Assembly: GCA_951406725.2 (NCBI GenBank)
Contig: OX597815.1
Span: forward strand, 100,254,001-100,318,000
From: Octopus vulgaris
Taxonomy: Eukaryota
DNA: 64,000 nt
Direction: 5' to 3'
The notes beneath the pieces are model-generated. The model was not told the origin of the DNA and ran no database searches. It worked only from the letters and a program-made list of their open reading frames with translations. Numbering within the stretch: the first letter of the stretch is position 1; each line of letters opens with the position of its first letter. Below, in pieces: positions 13,945 to 27,308 of the stretch. The position numbers and the translations under genes are program-made.

Positions 13945-15672
13945 TTGTAATGTAAGAATCAGCCGGTCAATTTCTCTTTCTGAAAATCCAAGTTTATCCA
14001 GATTCTCCTTTAAGCATTTACTGACAAAACCTAGTACTCCGATTATTATGAATTCATAGTCTGGATGTAGAAGCTGGAGGTTTCGAAGCAGTTACCCATA
14101 GATATCCTCTTTTTCTTTGATTTTCAAAGAGATATTTATATCTGCAGGGCAGCTAAACTCTATGATGGTACATACCTTTGCTCCTCTATCCCAAACAACA
14201 ATATCCGGCCTGTTATGCTAACATTTGACAGAAGTTTTGATGAGAATATTCCACCAGTATTCCTTGAGCTGGTGTTTACGAATGTATTCAATAACAGAGG
14301 GATTTTCTAAGTTTATTTCAGGACAGTCTTTTTTTTTTGCGGATGGCATTGTAAATTGTTTTAGTTACAGCATCGTGCCGCATAGCGGGGTAGTACAGTG
14401 ACGACATTTTATGACAGCTGCTAATCACATGCTTAACGTCTTCCACAGAAATATGACATATCCTACATTTGCGGTTGCACCTTGAGATTACAAGAGCGTC
14501 ACTGTCTCTATTGTTCACCTGGTACTTTGTGGCAATCTCCTGTTTCTGGATTGCAAACGCATAGCCTTCAAAGTGTGATGTGATGTAGTGATCTTGTATC
14601 CAAGAGAGGTTGCGCTTCGTGCCAATTCTACTGTCTTCTTCAAAATTCCGGACAACATACCCATGCATGATCTTTTTTTTTTTTTGTATGCTGAGTGCTT
14701 TCCATCCAGGTCTTCTCTGAAGTAAGAGAGCCCAGCTGTTTTGGGGCTGTATAGGAGATCATCAGGAAGAGAGTGTTTCTTGAGAAGTTTACTGCCAACT
14801 CGTTCAATGCTGGTTACTTCACTTTTCAGGACTGCATTAATATATTTATTTTTGCTGCTGTTGTTTAGCAGGTGCTACCTGAGTGATACCATACGGCATT
14901 CGAAGGCCGTCTGCACTGATCTCAGGCTTCTACCACTTTCATTTCTTCTTAGGTAGAGCCGGTCAACATCACTGTTTCTGTGGAAGTTCCCAGTTGTTGT
15001 TAGGATTTTGTGGGTTCTGATATCTATGGAATGGATTTCCTCTACAGACCAATCAAGTACCCCAAATGTTGGGATCAGCACTGGTACTGCAAATGCATTG
15101 TGGGATATCGTTTTGTTGTAAGAGGAGACTTTCGACTTTTTCCTAAGTCTGGTGTAATATTCTCGGGTCAGTCTACCGATATTCACAGTGCCTCCATATG
15201 ATGCATTTTAGTCTATGCCTAGGTAATTGTAACATTCTTTGTATGGAATGGGGGAGATGCACAGGTTTTGGGTTTAGGGGACTGACTTTCATCGTTCTAT
15301 AACCAAATACGAACATTTATTTTGCCCAAATTCCATGCCTATATCAGCTGAAAATGTTGTTATTAATTCCATTTGTTTTATGGCATTGTTAACAATTTTA
15401 GCATAAGTCTACAAAGAAATTACGGTTTACATTGATATTTCCGGCAGTTGAAGATCCTAGCATGTAACTATTTATTTTCTGCAGTAGGAACGATAATGGA
15501 TTCAGTGCCAAACTGAAAAGAAGTACAGAAAGACTATTTCCCTGGAATATTCCCTTTGTAATGCCTATACTATTAGTAACAATTATTCTGTTCTCGGTCG
15601 TAAGGGTAAGAATAGTTTCCATGTCTTTGTGAGTCTCCCTATAGCAGCAATTAAGGCAGTAGATACCTTTGT
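13945..15672 (-). mobile_element. 5'-truncated R4/Dong-like non-LTR retrotransposon (RT + zinc knuckle + restriction-like endonuclease), pseudogenised
   Basis: RT motif GIFQGNSLSVLLF, then HRNSDVDRLYLRRNESGRSL, CCHC knuckle CRICHISVEDVKHVISSC followed by RHD, and NRPDIVVWD...EFSCPAD (REL endonuclease). Frameshifts and stops present. Confidence 0.9.
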
Positions 15673-16134
15673 TATGTATGTATGTATGTATGTATGTATG
15701 TATGTATGTATGTATGTATGTATGTATGTATGTATGTATGAAATAGATATATTGAGTCATTATAGATTAATATATTTTAAATACATTTGACTTCCATTGG
15801 GAACAGAAGTAAAGGCTTGAGAGAACTATGAAGGAATTACGAAAAGAATCTAAACAAGTTATCTAAACAAAAGCAACACCCATTCATCTAGCAATGCTCC
15901 AGTTTACATATGCGGACCAAATGAAAAGATTCCCTCCCATTGAAGGAACAAACAAAAACAGTTACGAGTAGAATATACAACCATACAGCATAAACCAACG
16001 ACTGTTTGAAGCATAAAGTAGTAACAGCACTCTAAGTACACTTCTACATTTCTAAACCACACTGCAATATACTTAGTGCATCCTAAACTGAAAGAAACTC
16101 AATATTTTATCTGTATTATATTAAGCGATGTTCT

Positions 16135-16352
16135 AAGGTGGCAAACTGGTACAAATCGTTAGCACGCCTAACAAAATGCTTAGCGGCGTTTCTTACGGTT
16201 TTTTACATCCAGGCTTCAAATTCCGCCGAAATCAACTTTGTCTTTCATCCTTTCGGTGCCGATAAAATAAATATCGATTGAGCACTGGGGTCGATGTAAT
16301 CGATTAGTCTTCTCCCACAAAATATCAGGCCTTGTACCTACAGAAGAAAAGT
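16135..16352 (+). mobile_element. Family-A SINE (older subfamily)
   Basis: TTCAAATTCCGCCGAAATCAACTTTGTCTTTCATCCTTTCGG...CACTGGGGTCGATGTAATCGA. Confidence 0.8.
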
Positions 16353-17454
16353 TACATTGAACGAGATTCTCTTAATTATGTACGTATATGATATAACTAA
16401 AACAGTTCCAAATAACATGGATGGGTGCTAGAAGCCATCTTTTTTTCTTTCATTTTCTTCTTTGTAACATAAACCATCAAACACAAACAGACAGTAGCTA
16501 GCTGGAGTTTGGGGAGAAGGTGGTGGTTTTCCCCAGGTGATAGTTTTATGGAGACGGCCCATTTAGAGGGAATACGTTGTATTTTTTGTGGGGTGGGATC
16601 CGGAGCGGCACATACTCTAGCTCCACCACAGGTAAACATATAGATATATGCGACAGTGAACAATAAGCAGTTAACCACACAGACACACACAATAGTGAAC
16701 CACGAACAAGTCACATGCAGTAGTGAGCAATGAACACAGATTCATAGAGACACACACGGCAGAGACAAAAAAAAAAATGAAGAGTCACAGATAGATACTT
16801 AAATTGTGAATTACAGATAGAATGTCACACAAACACACAGTAGGAAACTTTGAAAGAACAGAAAGGAACATTGAACACATTCGTAAATGAATGAAAATGA
16901 ACAGAATGTCACAGACAGATCTATATACAATGATAAACAACGTAAAAAACGTGGAAGTTTCACCGGCAGTACTACCTAACTAATAGCAGGCTGTGAACAT
17001 CTGACAACATTTCAGTTTCCACTCATTCAGTCTTTCTCTTTCGCTTGAGCCAAGACTTACGATCCCATCCAACAGACAAACTGTGGAAAACCATATTTGA
17101 TAAAAGGCGACCATAACTTCCCAATGTCCTAGAATCAATGATGATATTATTGAGGAATAATATTGACTCAGATAAATATGCAATTTATAATTTTACACTA
17201 ATTGTCGGAAAAAAATTTAGGGCAAACCAATTTGTTTACTGAAATTGCTGGCGACTAGAATTTCACAATATCACAATTAATTTAATTTAGATGTTACTCC
17301 CAGTCTACATATATATATGGGTGTGTGTGTGATATATACACAAACACACTCACACACACACACACACATATATATATACACACACACATACAGTCATACA
17401 GCGTAGACCATACACGCGTGTGTGTGTTTGTCTGTTTGTGTGTATGTGTGTGTA

Positions 17455-17523
<69 letters not shown>

Positions 17524-17524
17524 C

Positions 17525-18780
17525 TTCAGGGATTATCCACTTTTAGCAAAGTGAATACAATGGATCGTCGTCTCAATCCTTTCTTGTACTGTCCTTCTAC
17601 ATTCACTGTAACTTCCAAGTCGGTCCAATTCTTGAAATAATCCAACCTCCTAATTCTTGGTTCCCCTTCCCATTCATTTTGTTTCCTATTCTCAGTCATG
17701 GTAAACCATGATCTCCTAATCAAGTATCCGAAATACTTTAGTTTTGTTTCTTTTTATTGTATCTAATAAAATTTTCATAGTATTTGCCATTCTCGGTACT
17801 TCATCAATGGTTTTGAATTCTGCTCATGAGATTCTCAAAAGTTTTCTATATGCCAACATCACAAAAGTTTCTAATCTGTAACATTATTTTTGTTAATGCT
17901 TATATTTCAGCTTCGTAAAATACACATTTTATAACTTTTTCACTGGTTTCCATGTTAATTGTCTTTATGTTTGACATTTTGTCAAATGATTGTCCACCTA
18001 CCTCAATAATTAAATTTATGCTTCACATTTACAGCTCTCATGCTGCATATACCATTGCTCATTCAACTGGCTTCCTTTTTATTATGTATAATATCTGTTT
18101 CTGTAGACAATTGCTTATTGGCGACTCTGTTTTAGCTGTGCACAGGACATTTGTTTGCTATTTGCATTGGCTACAAGATTTTAGACGGTTATCTCTGCTG
18201 AAAGTTAATATTGCTTGCATATATAACATTTTCGGTGTTCATACCTCCTATTAATGCTCCTGGCATCATGTCTCCGACTTCTCTGAAGATCTGTAAGTGC
18301 GTATAGGTGAAATAGGTTGCAAGATAATATTTAGCCTTGCCTGACTCCTTTCCTAATTTGAAACTGTAGTCCTATGCAGTTCTATGGTATGCGGGTTGTT
18401 GACCGGACGATTAAGTGCGTCCTACAGATATGTTGCTGCGTGTGCTTTTTTTTTCTTTATGCATTTAGTCCGAAGGACGGGGTTATACCCATGATCTTTG
18501 TAGATGCTTTAAGACCGTTAAAGTCAGATGAGTTTCTTGAATAACTGCAAATAGAAGACTAAAAACTTCATGAGTGAATCCCTGAGTACTGACATTCTGG
18601 GTAGGATTATTTGTCCAAAATAATTAGTGGAGAGCATAGGGATAGATACAATGTAAGTATCGAGAGGAGGAGAGCTGAGTGAGTCCTGTTGGTATGAGAC
18701 CAACGACTCTGAGAAGCAGGTGCAACTATAGTAATGTTAATAAGAATAAGATGAGGAGAAAAGACGTTTATGCATCAGAT
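17525..18780 (-). mobile_element. Decayed RTE-clade LINE (3' part)
   Basis: Minus strand gives KGVRQG*ILSCNLFHLYA (RTE RT motif GVRQGCILSP) near 18300-18355, and KLKYFGYLIRR...EPRIRRLDYFKNWT (RTE-like C-terminus) near 17600-17750. Confidence 0.75.
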
Positions 18781-18949
18781 ATTAGAGTGCGTTGCTTAAT
18801 GACTCCACACCAATCAGTAATACCAATACTTATACATAGCTGATTACCTTACAGCATGCTACATTTTGAGGGAAATGCAGCCGGTCTCCCAGAAGTTTCC
18901 TTCTCGCTATCAACGTTTCGATTTCAACGTGTTAAGACTCAAAGACAAA

Positions 18950-19750
18950 AGCAACATTTCTACTAATTGTTACAAATTTAGCTAGAAGGCCAGCGACTTT
19001 AAGGGGAGAGGATTAGTCATACAATCGACTCCTGTATTAAGCTGGTACTTTACTTTTTTATCGACCTCTGGCTAGATGAAAGGCGAAGTTGACGTCGGTG
19101 AGTTTAGACGCTGAACGTACATAACCCGAAGTATTTTTTCTGTTTCTCAAACGGTTTTGCCAAATTCATCTCCTTTGTCGAATCAAATAACTGATTCAGA
19201 TTTAGGTACAAGGTCAGTAGTTTTGAGGGGTTGCGTTAACCGATACAATCAATCCAAGCATTTGACTAGTACTCCATTTTATCGATCCAGGAGGAAGAAA
19301 TGCAAAGCTGTTCTTGGCAGAATTTGAACTTAGAGCGATATTTTTTTCCGGCGTTCTAACGGTTGAGCCAATTCACCTCTTTTGACGAATCAAATGACAT
19401 TTCCTATCAGTCACTAGAATTGATTCCCAAAATGTGACTGGTAGTTATTTTATCACTTCCTGGAAGAATGGAAGGCCAAGTTGAATCTGAAAGTATCTGA
19501 ATTTAGAAAGTAAATAAGTGTATACAAACACTGTAAGACTCTTTCAGCCATAATTTATAATAGCAATATTTTTATCTCTTGCACAAGGCCATATATTTAG
19601 AAATGAGAATATAGTTGACGAAAGTTGATGAAGTAGGAATGTAGTCGATAAATGCAACATTGTATATTACTGGAAATAATATTATCGATTTCTGACCTGG
19701 TAAGACGAAAACAAAGTCGGCTCAATGAGATTTGAACTCGGAAAGTAAAA
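18950..19750 (-). repeat. Cluster of about 4 degenerate family-A SINE copies, same orientation
   Basis: Repeated CTGGTAC/TAGT...TTTATCGA...GAAAGGC.AAGT...TTTGAACT units at about 200-250 bp spacing. Confidence 0.65.
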
Positions 19751-20057
19751 GGTCAGAACTAAAGGGAAACTACCTCAATGTTTTCAGTTTATTACTCTTA
19801 TTGATTCTACCACTGGTCTTCCTCTTTAACAACAATAATATAGTCTCAACGTGCAAGGATGAGCAGCTGAGTACCCCTCAAATCACGCTCTGTAGTCTTA
19901 ATAAGGGAGGAATTTATTATGTCTGAATATAAAACGAGGTACTTCTCGGCTGGAACACCCTTTGATCATAGGTCTGCTTAGTCAGAAATTACTTGGGGGC
20001 CGAACAAAAACAGGAACAGCAGCTATTAATGTGATCTAGCGAGAGGAGCCTCTATAT

Positions 20058-20635
20058 TAGTGTGTCTCAACCTTTTTACCTTCGCGTAACACTTAAAATA
20101 AATTACGTCTCAAGGAACTCCTGCACAAGAAAAATTATATACCATATCTTTCTCATATGTTTTCATCGTAGTTCACGTGATAAATATCATATATATATAC
20201 ATATGATCCTGAAATCAATTGATATGTAATTGAACCTTTTCATGAATCTTTTTCGTTTATTCCCTCGATTTCGATGCGTGTTTTGTGATATTTTAAGGTA
20301 GTTTAGAGCCATTTGGTATCTTCCTTCAGCATGTGGCTAAGCCTGTGTACTTACTCACTTGCCATTAATATAAATTTTCATATATATAAGGTGTCTGTAC
20401 ATTACAGACATTACTAAATATATTCCCAATGGTTGACATATTTTTTTATAACATAACAGGTTAGATAGGATGATGTCTATATTACACTATTACAATAACC
20501 AATAATATGTTGTGCATGTATAGTGATATTGCGTTCGTGAAATTACCATTAGCTTACCTCAATCATTCTCGCGGAACCCCCAGGAACCTTTTGCGGAACC
20601 CTAGGATTTTGGGGAACCCCGGTTGAGAAACGCTG
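20058..20635. mobile_element. hAT-family MITE
   Basis: TIRs TAGTGTGTCTCAACC/GGTTGAGAAACGCTG, perfect 8-bp TSD CTCTATAT (20050-20057 and 20636-20643), and subterminal GGAACC repeats. Confidence 0.88.
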
Positions 20636-20930
20636 CTCTATATGATCGCGCGATATGCAAAAAATAGAAGTCAAATTCTATGAAGAAATTAAGGGAAAAA
20701 TTTCAATATGTATGTGATTAGAGCAGTAAGTCAGCTAAGTTAGGAGGACAGACAGGTATATATATAGAGAGAGAAAGAATAGGGAGAGAAGGAAGACGAG
20801 CAGAGAGAGAGGGGGAGAGAGAGAGAAAAAAGGGGGAAAGGGAAGAGAAGGATCAAATCGCACACATCCCATTGCTTTAGAAAAGAACGCATGAATAACA
20901 TTGTCCTATGCTCTCTGCGTAGAAAATAAG

Positions 20931-20990
20931 GATGGAGTGGTCACGGATGGAGTGGTCACGGATGGAGTGGTCACGGATGGAGTGAGCACG
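20931..20990. repeat. 15-bp minisatellite (GATGGAGTGGTCACG), 4 copies
   Basis: Three exact copies plus one variant copy. Confidence 0.95.
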
Positions 20991-21354
20991 GGTGGAATGT
21001 GCTTGAGTAAAGACCTGGTCGATAGGTTTCACATGAAGCTAAATAGCAACAACGACTACACGATTAACCAGAAAACCTCAAAGTAAAACGAATTTGTATT
21101 TTTGATATTATATTTCATCTCTCTTTCTTTATATATCAATTATTTGTATTTATTTATATTTATTTATATTCATATCAATTCTTAATTGCTAATTTTGCTT
21201 TCTTCCTGATTTTTTTGTTTTGATCTTTTTTGTTTTGTTTGCTTGTTTGTTGTTTTCTTTATGTTCATTTCTGGGATTTTGTTTCTTTTTTTGTTTAATT
21301 ATATTTTCGTCCATAAATACTTTTAACTATTTCCTAATTGTTTTTCAAATGCAG

Positions 21355-21575
21355 GCAAATTTGGTTATCAATCTGTTATTCTGACCAAATATGTAATTCT
21401 TCTTCCACTGCCAAGAAAAATTGCACCGGATATTCTGAAAGAAGAACACGAAATACAAGAGGCAGACATTGTCAGGAGAATCTTAACAAATCTTCTGGCT
21501 AATTTAAAACACTGGAAGATCGATGGATACCAAAATAAAAGAATAATTATCAAAACAAATGAGAACATAATCTAA
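21355..21575 (+). CDS. Candidate (terminal) exon of an unidentified host gene
   Basis: Long T-rich tract, then ...TTTTTCAAATGCAG|G. A 72-codon open frame KFGYQSVILTKY...TNENII* is followed by AATAAA at 21575-21580. A second frame is open for about 48 codons. No recognisable domain. Confidence 0.35.
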
Positions 21576-21648
21576 ATAAACATTTTAAAAGAGAGTGATA
21601 GGGAGAAAGAAAGAAAGAAAGAAAAAAAAGAAATAAATATAGACAGAC

Positions 21649-21724
<76 letters not shown>

Positions 21725-21894
21725 CCGTCCTAGCAATCTTGTTAGTCAGCAATTATAAAGAAGTTCCATGTTGAATACAAAGTATTTTCTAAACGGATTT
21801 ACGTATAGTCTTAACGCTTGGCTGTCGTTGCTTCAGCAAAACATTGTTCAGAGAAGTTAGTTATAAATATATACATATATATATATATATATAT

Positions 21895-22238
21895 TCTTTT
21901 ATCCTTTTACTTATTACAGTCATTTGACTGTTGCTATGCTGGAGCACCGCCTTAAAGTGTCTTTAGTCGAAGCAAATCGATCCCAGAACTTATTCTTTGT
22001 AAGCCTAGTACTTATTATATCGGTCTCTTTTGTCGAACTGCTAAGTTACGGGGTCATAAACACTCCAGCATCGGTCGTCAACCGATGGTGGGGGTACAAA
22101 CACAGATGCACACAAACACACACACACATAAATATATGCATATATATATATATATATATATATATACAACGGGCTTCCTTCAGTTTCCGTCTACCAAATA
22201 TATATATATACAACGGGCTTCCTTCAGTTTCCGTCTAC

Positions 22239-22245
<7 letters not shown>
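21895..22245 (-). mobile_element. Family-B SINE, 5'-truncated, with a short tandem duplication at its end
   Basis: Tail CAGTCATTTGACTG...GGAGCACCGCC. The segment ATACAACGGGCTTCCTTCAGTTTCCGTCTACCAAAT occurs twice (22163-22245). Confidence 0.85.
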
Positions 22246-22269
<24 letters not shown>

Positions 22270-22273
<4 letters not shown>

Positions 22274-22451
22274 ATACTTGGGGATGCTGGATGTTAGGAT
22301 CTTGTCGACGCATAGAACAGACATGATATCCAGACAGATTACGGAGGCCATACATATAATAGAACAGAAGATAGACCGAGCCTCAACTGAAAACGTGAAT
22401 GGAGGAATAACACCCCAACTACTCCATCATACTACGCAGTCTGACGATTGA
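22270..22451 (+). mobile_element. Penelope-like GIY-YIG C-terminal fragment
   Basis: VRILSTHRTDMISRQITEAIHI resembles the IL..H...RQI.EA.HI end of PLE endonucleases (recalled pattern). Confidence 0.5.
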
Positions 22452-22728
22452 AGGTAGAATGGGAAAAAATTATAAGATAATACGTTACTAATAATGTAAT
22501 ATACAAACCCTTATACATGCACACAAAACACACGTACACATAGTAAAGATGGAATGCGAAACCTTACAGAAAACAAAAGACAGGTGAGGGAACAACAAGT
22601 AGGTGTATTAGTTTGACGATCAGAAAGAACTGAAAAGTCTTTGATGTTCCGAGCCTACGCTTTTCGAGAGAAAGCGATGAGAGGAAGAAAATAGAGAGAA
22701 AGAAAAAACGAAGAGAGAAGATATGATG

Positions 22729-22804
<76 letters not shown>

Positions 22805-23035
22805 TTTTATCTTTTACTTGCTTCGGCTATTAGACTGCGGCCTTGTTGGTGCAGTGCCTTGAACAATTCGATCCCAATACTTACTTTAAGCCTGGTACCA
22901 ATTCTAGCGGTTTCTTTGCCAAACCGCTAAGTTACGAGGACGTGAACAAACCATTATTGGTTGTCGAGCGGCTGAGGAGACAAACACAGATACACACATA
23001 GATAGACAGATAGATAGACAGATAAACAGACAGAC

Positions 23036-23132
<97 letters not shown>

Positions 23133-23295
23133 CAACGGGCTTCTTTCCGTTTCCGTCTACAAAATCCATTCCCAAAGCTTGGTCAACCCGAGGCTATAGT
23201 AGAAGATAGACCGAGCCTCAAGCTACCACGTAGTGAGACTGAACTCGTAACCCAGTAGCAGCGGAGCTAACTTCTTGCCACACAGACGCGCCCGC
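22805..23295 (-). mobile_element. Family-B SINE with internal (GATA)n
   Basis: Family-B tail and body flank a (GATA)n tract of about 130 bp at the usual internal site. Confidence 0.8.
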
Positions 23296-23790
23296 ATGTA
23301 CACAGACACGCACGCACACGCACATATACATCCATCCATCCATCCATACATACATACATACATGCATACATACATACATACATACATACATACATACATA
23401 CATACATACATACATACGTACGTACGTACGTGTGTGTGTGTGTGTGTGTATTTACGCCAAAAAGTAGTGCATGGTACCAGGAGTTTTGACACGAATCAAA
23501 TGTAACAAACTACTCCAAATCCTTGTTAGATTATTCGCATAAGTGGAGTCAAGACCGACCAGTTTGAATTGGCATCGAGTCGTATAAGTTGTAATAATGA
23601 AGTAAGACCAAATAGTGATATGCTGAAATCATTCAATACGTACGTTTCAGGTCTGCGTAATATATAATAGGAAGTGCGTCCATTACGTAAACTTTTCTGT
23701 TAAAGCATTTCAAAATATGAAGAAATTGGTGGAAATATTTAATATATGTAGTTAGAGCAGTAAGTCGGCTACTAAGTTAGAAAGACAGAC

Positions 23791-23995
23791 ATTACTCTTT
23801 ACTCTTTACTCTTTTACTTGTTTCAGTCATTTGACTGCGGCCATGCTGGAGCACCGCCTTTAGTCGATCAAATCGACCCCGGAACTTATTCTTTGTAAGC
23901 CCAGTACTTATTCTATCGGTCTCTTTTGCCGAACCGCTAAGTGGCGGGGACGTAGACACACCAGCATCGGTTGTCAAGCAATGCTAGGGGGACAA

Positions 23996-24064
<69 letters not shown>

Positions 24065-24229
24065 TACAACAGGCTTCTTTCAGTTTCCGTCTACCAAATC
24101 CACTCACAAGGCATTGGTCGGCCCGGGGCTATAGCAGAAGACACTTGCCCAAGATGCCACGCAGTGGGACTGAACCCGCAACCATGTGGTTGGTTAGCAA
24201 GCTACTTACCACACAGCCACTCCTGCGCC
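23791..24229 (-). mobile_element. Full-length family-B SINE
   Basis: Minus strand GGCGCAGGAGTGGCTGTGTGGTAAG (A box)...GGGTTCAGTCCC (B box), CORE-like CTTGGGCAAGTGTCTT, internal (AT)n(GT)n, and (GTAAAAGA)n tail. Confidence 0.92.
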
Positions 24230-24351
24230 TGTATGTAGAGGTGGAGAAAGAAGAAGGACAGAAGGGGGGAGAGAAGGGCAAGAGAAAGAAAGAGAAGGTT
24301 ATGTTAAGTAACAGAGTGGGGAGGGAAAAGAAAGATGTACGAGTGAATAGT

Positions 24352-24829
24352 ATTCTTTCTACTCTAGGCACAAGGCCCGAAATTTTGTGGGAGGGAACCA
24401 GTCGATTAGAACTGGTACTTAATTTATCGACCCCGAAAGGATGAAAAGCAAAGTCGACCTCGGCGGGATTTGAACTCAGAGCGTAAAGACTGACGAAATA
24501 CTTATTTCTTTACTACCCACAAGGGGCTAAACACAGAGAGAACAAACAAGGACAGACAAACGGATTAAGTCGATTATACCGATCCCAGTGCGTAGCTGGT
24601 ACTTATTTAATCGACCCCGAAAGGATGAAAGGTAAAGTCGACCTCGGCGGAATTTGAACCCAGAACATAGCGGCAGACGAAATACTGCTAAGCATTTCGC
24701 CCGGCGTGCTAACGTTTCTGCCAGCTCGCCGCCTTAAGAGTATAGAAAGAAAATGGGCGCGTTGTGTTTGTTTACATAGAAAAGCTATCCCATTTCCTTT
24801 CATCTTTTCTTCACTTCCCACTTCTCTTT

Positions 24830-24890
<61 letters not shown>

Positions 24891-25270
24891 TCTTTTGGCA
24901 CAAGACCAGCAAATTCGGGTGAGCGGTAACTCGATTACGTCGACCCCAGTCCTCGACCCCGAAATGACGAAAAGTAATGCCGACCTCGGCAAAATTTGAA
25001 CTCAGAGCATAAAGCCGGAAGAACCGCCACTAATTTTTGTCCGACTCGCTAACGATTCGACAAGCTGAACACCTTGAAATTCTTTCTATTTTTCACACAA
25101 GGGTAGCAATTTTCAGTGGCTAATGAAAGTCGATTACATTGACCGTCAGTGCTTCACTGACACTTATTTTATCGAACCCAAGAGAATGAAAAGTAAAGTC
25201 GACCTCGGCGGGATTTGGACTCAGAACTCATCTTGTTCGACGCCCTAAAAATTCAGCCAACTCACTGCCC
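24352..25270 (-). repeat. Head-to-tail cluster of 4 family-A SINEs
   Basis: Copies at about 24352-24500, 24503-24733 (young), 24893-25075 and 25080-25270, all on the minus strand. Confidence 0.85.
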
Positions 25271-26287
25271 TACCATTACTGATAAAAATAATAACAGATA
25301 AAAGATAATAATTTAGATATTATTATTTACATCATCAAATCTTTCCGAACTACCATCGATAATGAATCAAATAAATGACTGTCAATCAATTATCTAAATA
25401 CGTTGTTGTTATTGTTGTTGTCGTTGTTATTGTTGTTGTTGTTGTTGTTTTGTAGGGCAAGTTATTTTATATTCTTTGTAGTATTTTCTTCAACAAACTT
25501 TATTTTATTTTTTATATTTTATTTTGTGTTTTGATTTCGTTATTTGATATAGTTTTTTTTTATTATTATTATTCAATTTATATCCTCTTTATCATGATTG
25601 CGATTGCTTATTAATTGCCGGTTCTGTCTGAAGCATTCTTAATTCCGGCCAAACATACTTGTGTGTGCATGTGTGCATATGCATACATATATATATATAT
25701 ATATATGCATGTATATAGGCATATATGTGTGGTGTACGCGCGCATGTGTACACGTGCACACTCCACACACACGTTTTTATATTTCATATATTTCCGTGTG
25801 TATATGTATATATATATATATATATATATACATAGATAATGCATAACAGAAACACATAGACACGCGTGTGTATGTGTTCATGTATGTATACCTCTGTATG
25901 TATATATGTGTTTGTGTGCGTGTGTGCGTAAATGTGTGTGCATATATGTGTGTGTGAACACACAAATAATGCAAATCACAAAAATACACATATACACACA
26001 CACATAGATCCATGTATGCATACATGTTTGCCTGTGTGTATATATAAAAATAATAGGAATAATTATAACGAGAAAATTTATTCGTGCAAAGTTCATCAAA
26101 AGTGCTCAACGAAATAGAAATTTCTCTCTTCAGATCGGTAATACACATTAAATGACTTTCAATGAAATGGCACGTCAAAAATGAAACAAGGCACATGCGT
26201 GTATGTACATATGTGTGTTTATATGCATATGTGCGCATGTGTGAATGTAAGAATGTTTGTGTGTATGTATATATGTGTGTACAATGC

Positions 26288-27308
26288 TAAGGTGTGCTAG
26301 GTTAATACCAGTTGGCTGGAACTCTTTAAAAGGTAAGCTTTTCTCATGTTTTATAATGGTAATTGATTGTTGGGATCTTTTCTACTTAGTTGCCAATTTT
26401 CAATCTCTTCGATTTCTGTTCGAATTGATTTCATATTCGGTATAATGATGCACTTTTATATGCTAATCAATGTCATGAAATTCATTTTCGCCATAAATCA
26501 ATAAATAAAGAGTTATTAGCTTTTTTAAAGTTTGCAAATTTTGAATGATTTTAGCCAATCGTAAGCCACAGACACATTCTATCCTGTTTCGAAACTTGAG
26601 AACTCTTTTGTCTACGAGATAGCACGTGTTGACAAATATATTTTACGCGAAATGTGCCCATCTGCTGCTTATACCCTGATCGAGAAACGTGCTAAAAATA
26701 ACAACCAAATAGGCCTTAAATCACGCACTCCAATTTTCCCCCAATGTGGAATACAAATTCGCAAAAATTTTCTGAAAATTCCAAAAAATAAAAAAGAAGT
26801 TATTAGGAGTTGTATGCCGTGCGTAAAGCAAAAATTTATTTATTTACAGTTTCATATTAAAACACGTATTATTTTCAGAGTGTTGACAACTCACGCCGTC
26901 ACGCACAAAATGACAGCTTCCAAATCCTGCTTTCTGACTGGGTGAAAATTATCAAACTTTAAACCTCTATAACTCTTTTTAAAAATTTCTGCTGAGAAAA
27001 ATCTCCTGAGATTCAGCTTGGAAAACTACATTAATACACCATATTTTAAAATTTTGAATAAACTTTGAAATTTCCACAGCTGCAGTTAAACAGGAAAGAT
27101 CCGGTTGTTGACTTTTTCCTGGGCACTGACGAGAGAACAACCGTAAAAGTAATGGTGTCAATCACGCCACATATTAAAATGACTCTAATCACTCGTGTTT
27201 GTTGTTCCTTAAATATTTTGAATAGAATGTCAATAAACTGTTTTCTGCGGAAGATTTTCAGAATATTGGTAAAATTTATTAGGAGTGGTGAAAGATTTAG
27301 GGAATGCA
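26288..27308. mobile_element. Unclassified DNA-transposon-like interspersed repeat
   Basis: Non-coding 1-kb block sharply bounded by microsatellites. It shares a TTTTAGCCAATC motif with another unclassified block at 13105-13660. TIRs not resolved. Confidence 0.3.

Noticed and set aside
15780-16110. Possible decayed GIY-YIG coding remnant
   Set aside because: Motifs are too eroded to distinguish from chance.
17055-17130. Possible minus-strand exon ending at GTAAGT
   Set aside because: Weak acceptor, no recognisable peptide, and no other convincing minus-strand exons.
20931-20990. Regular short repeats as a possible CRISPR array (also 54105-54190)
   Set aside because: No unique spacers, no cas genes, and a eukaryotic context.
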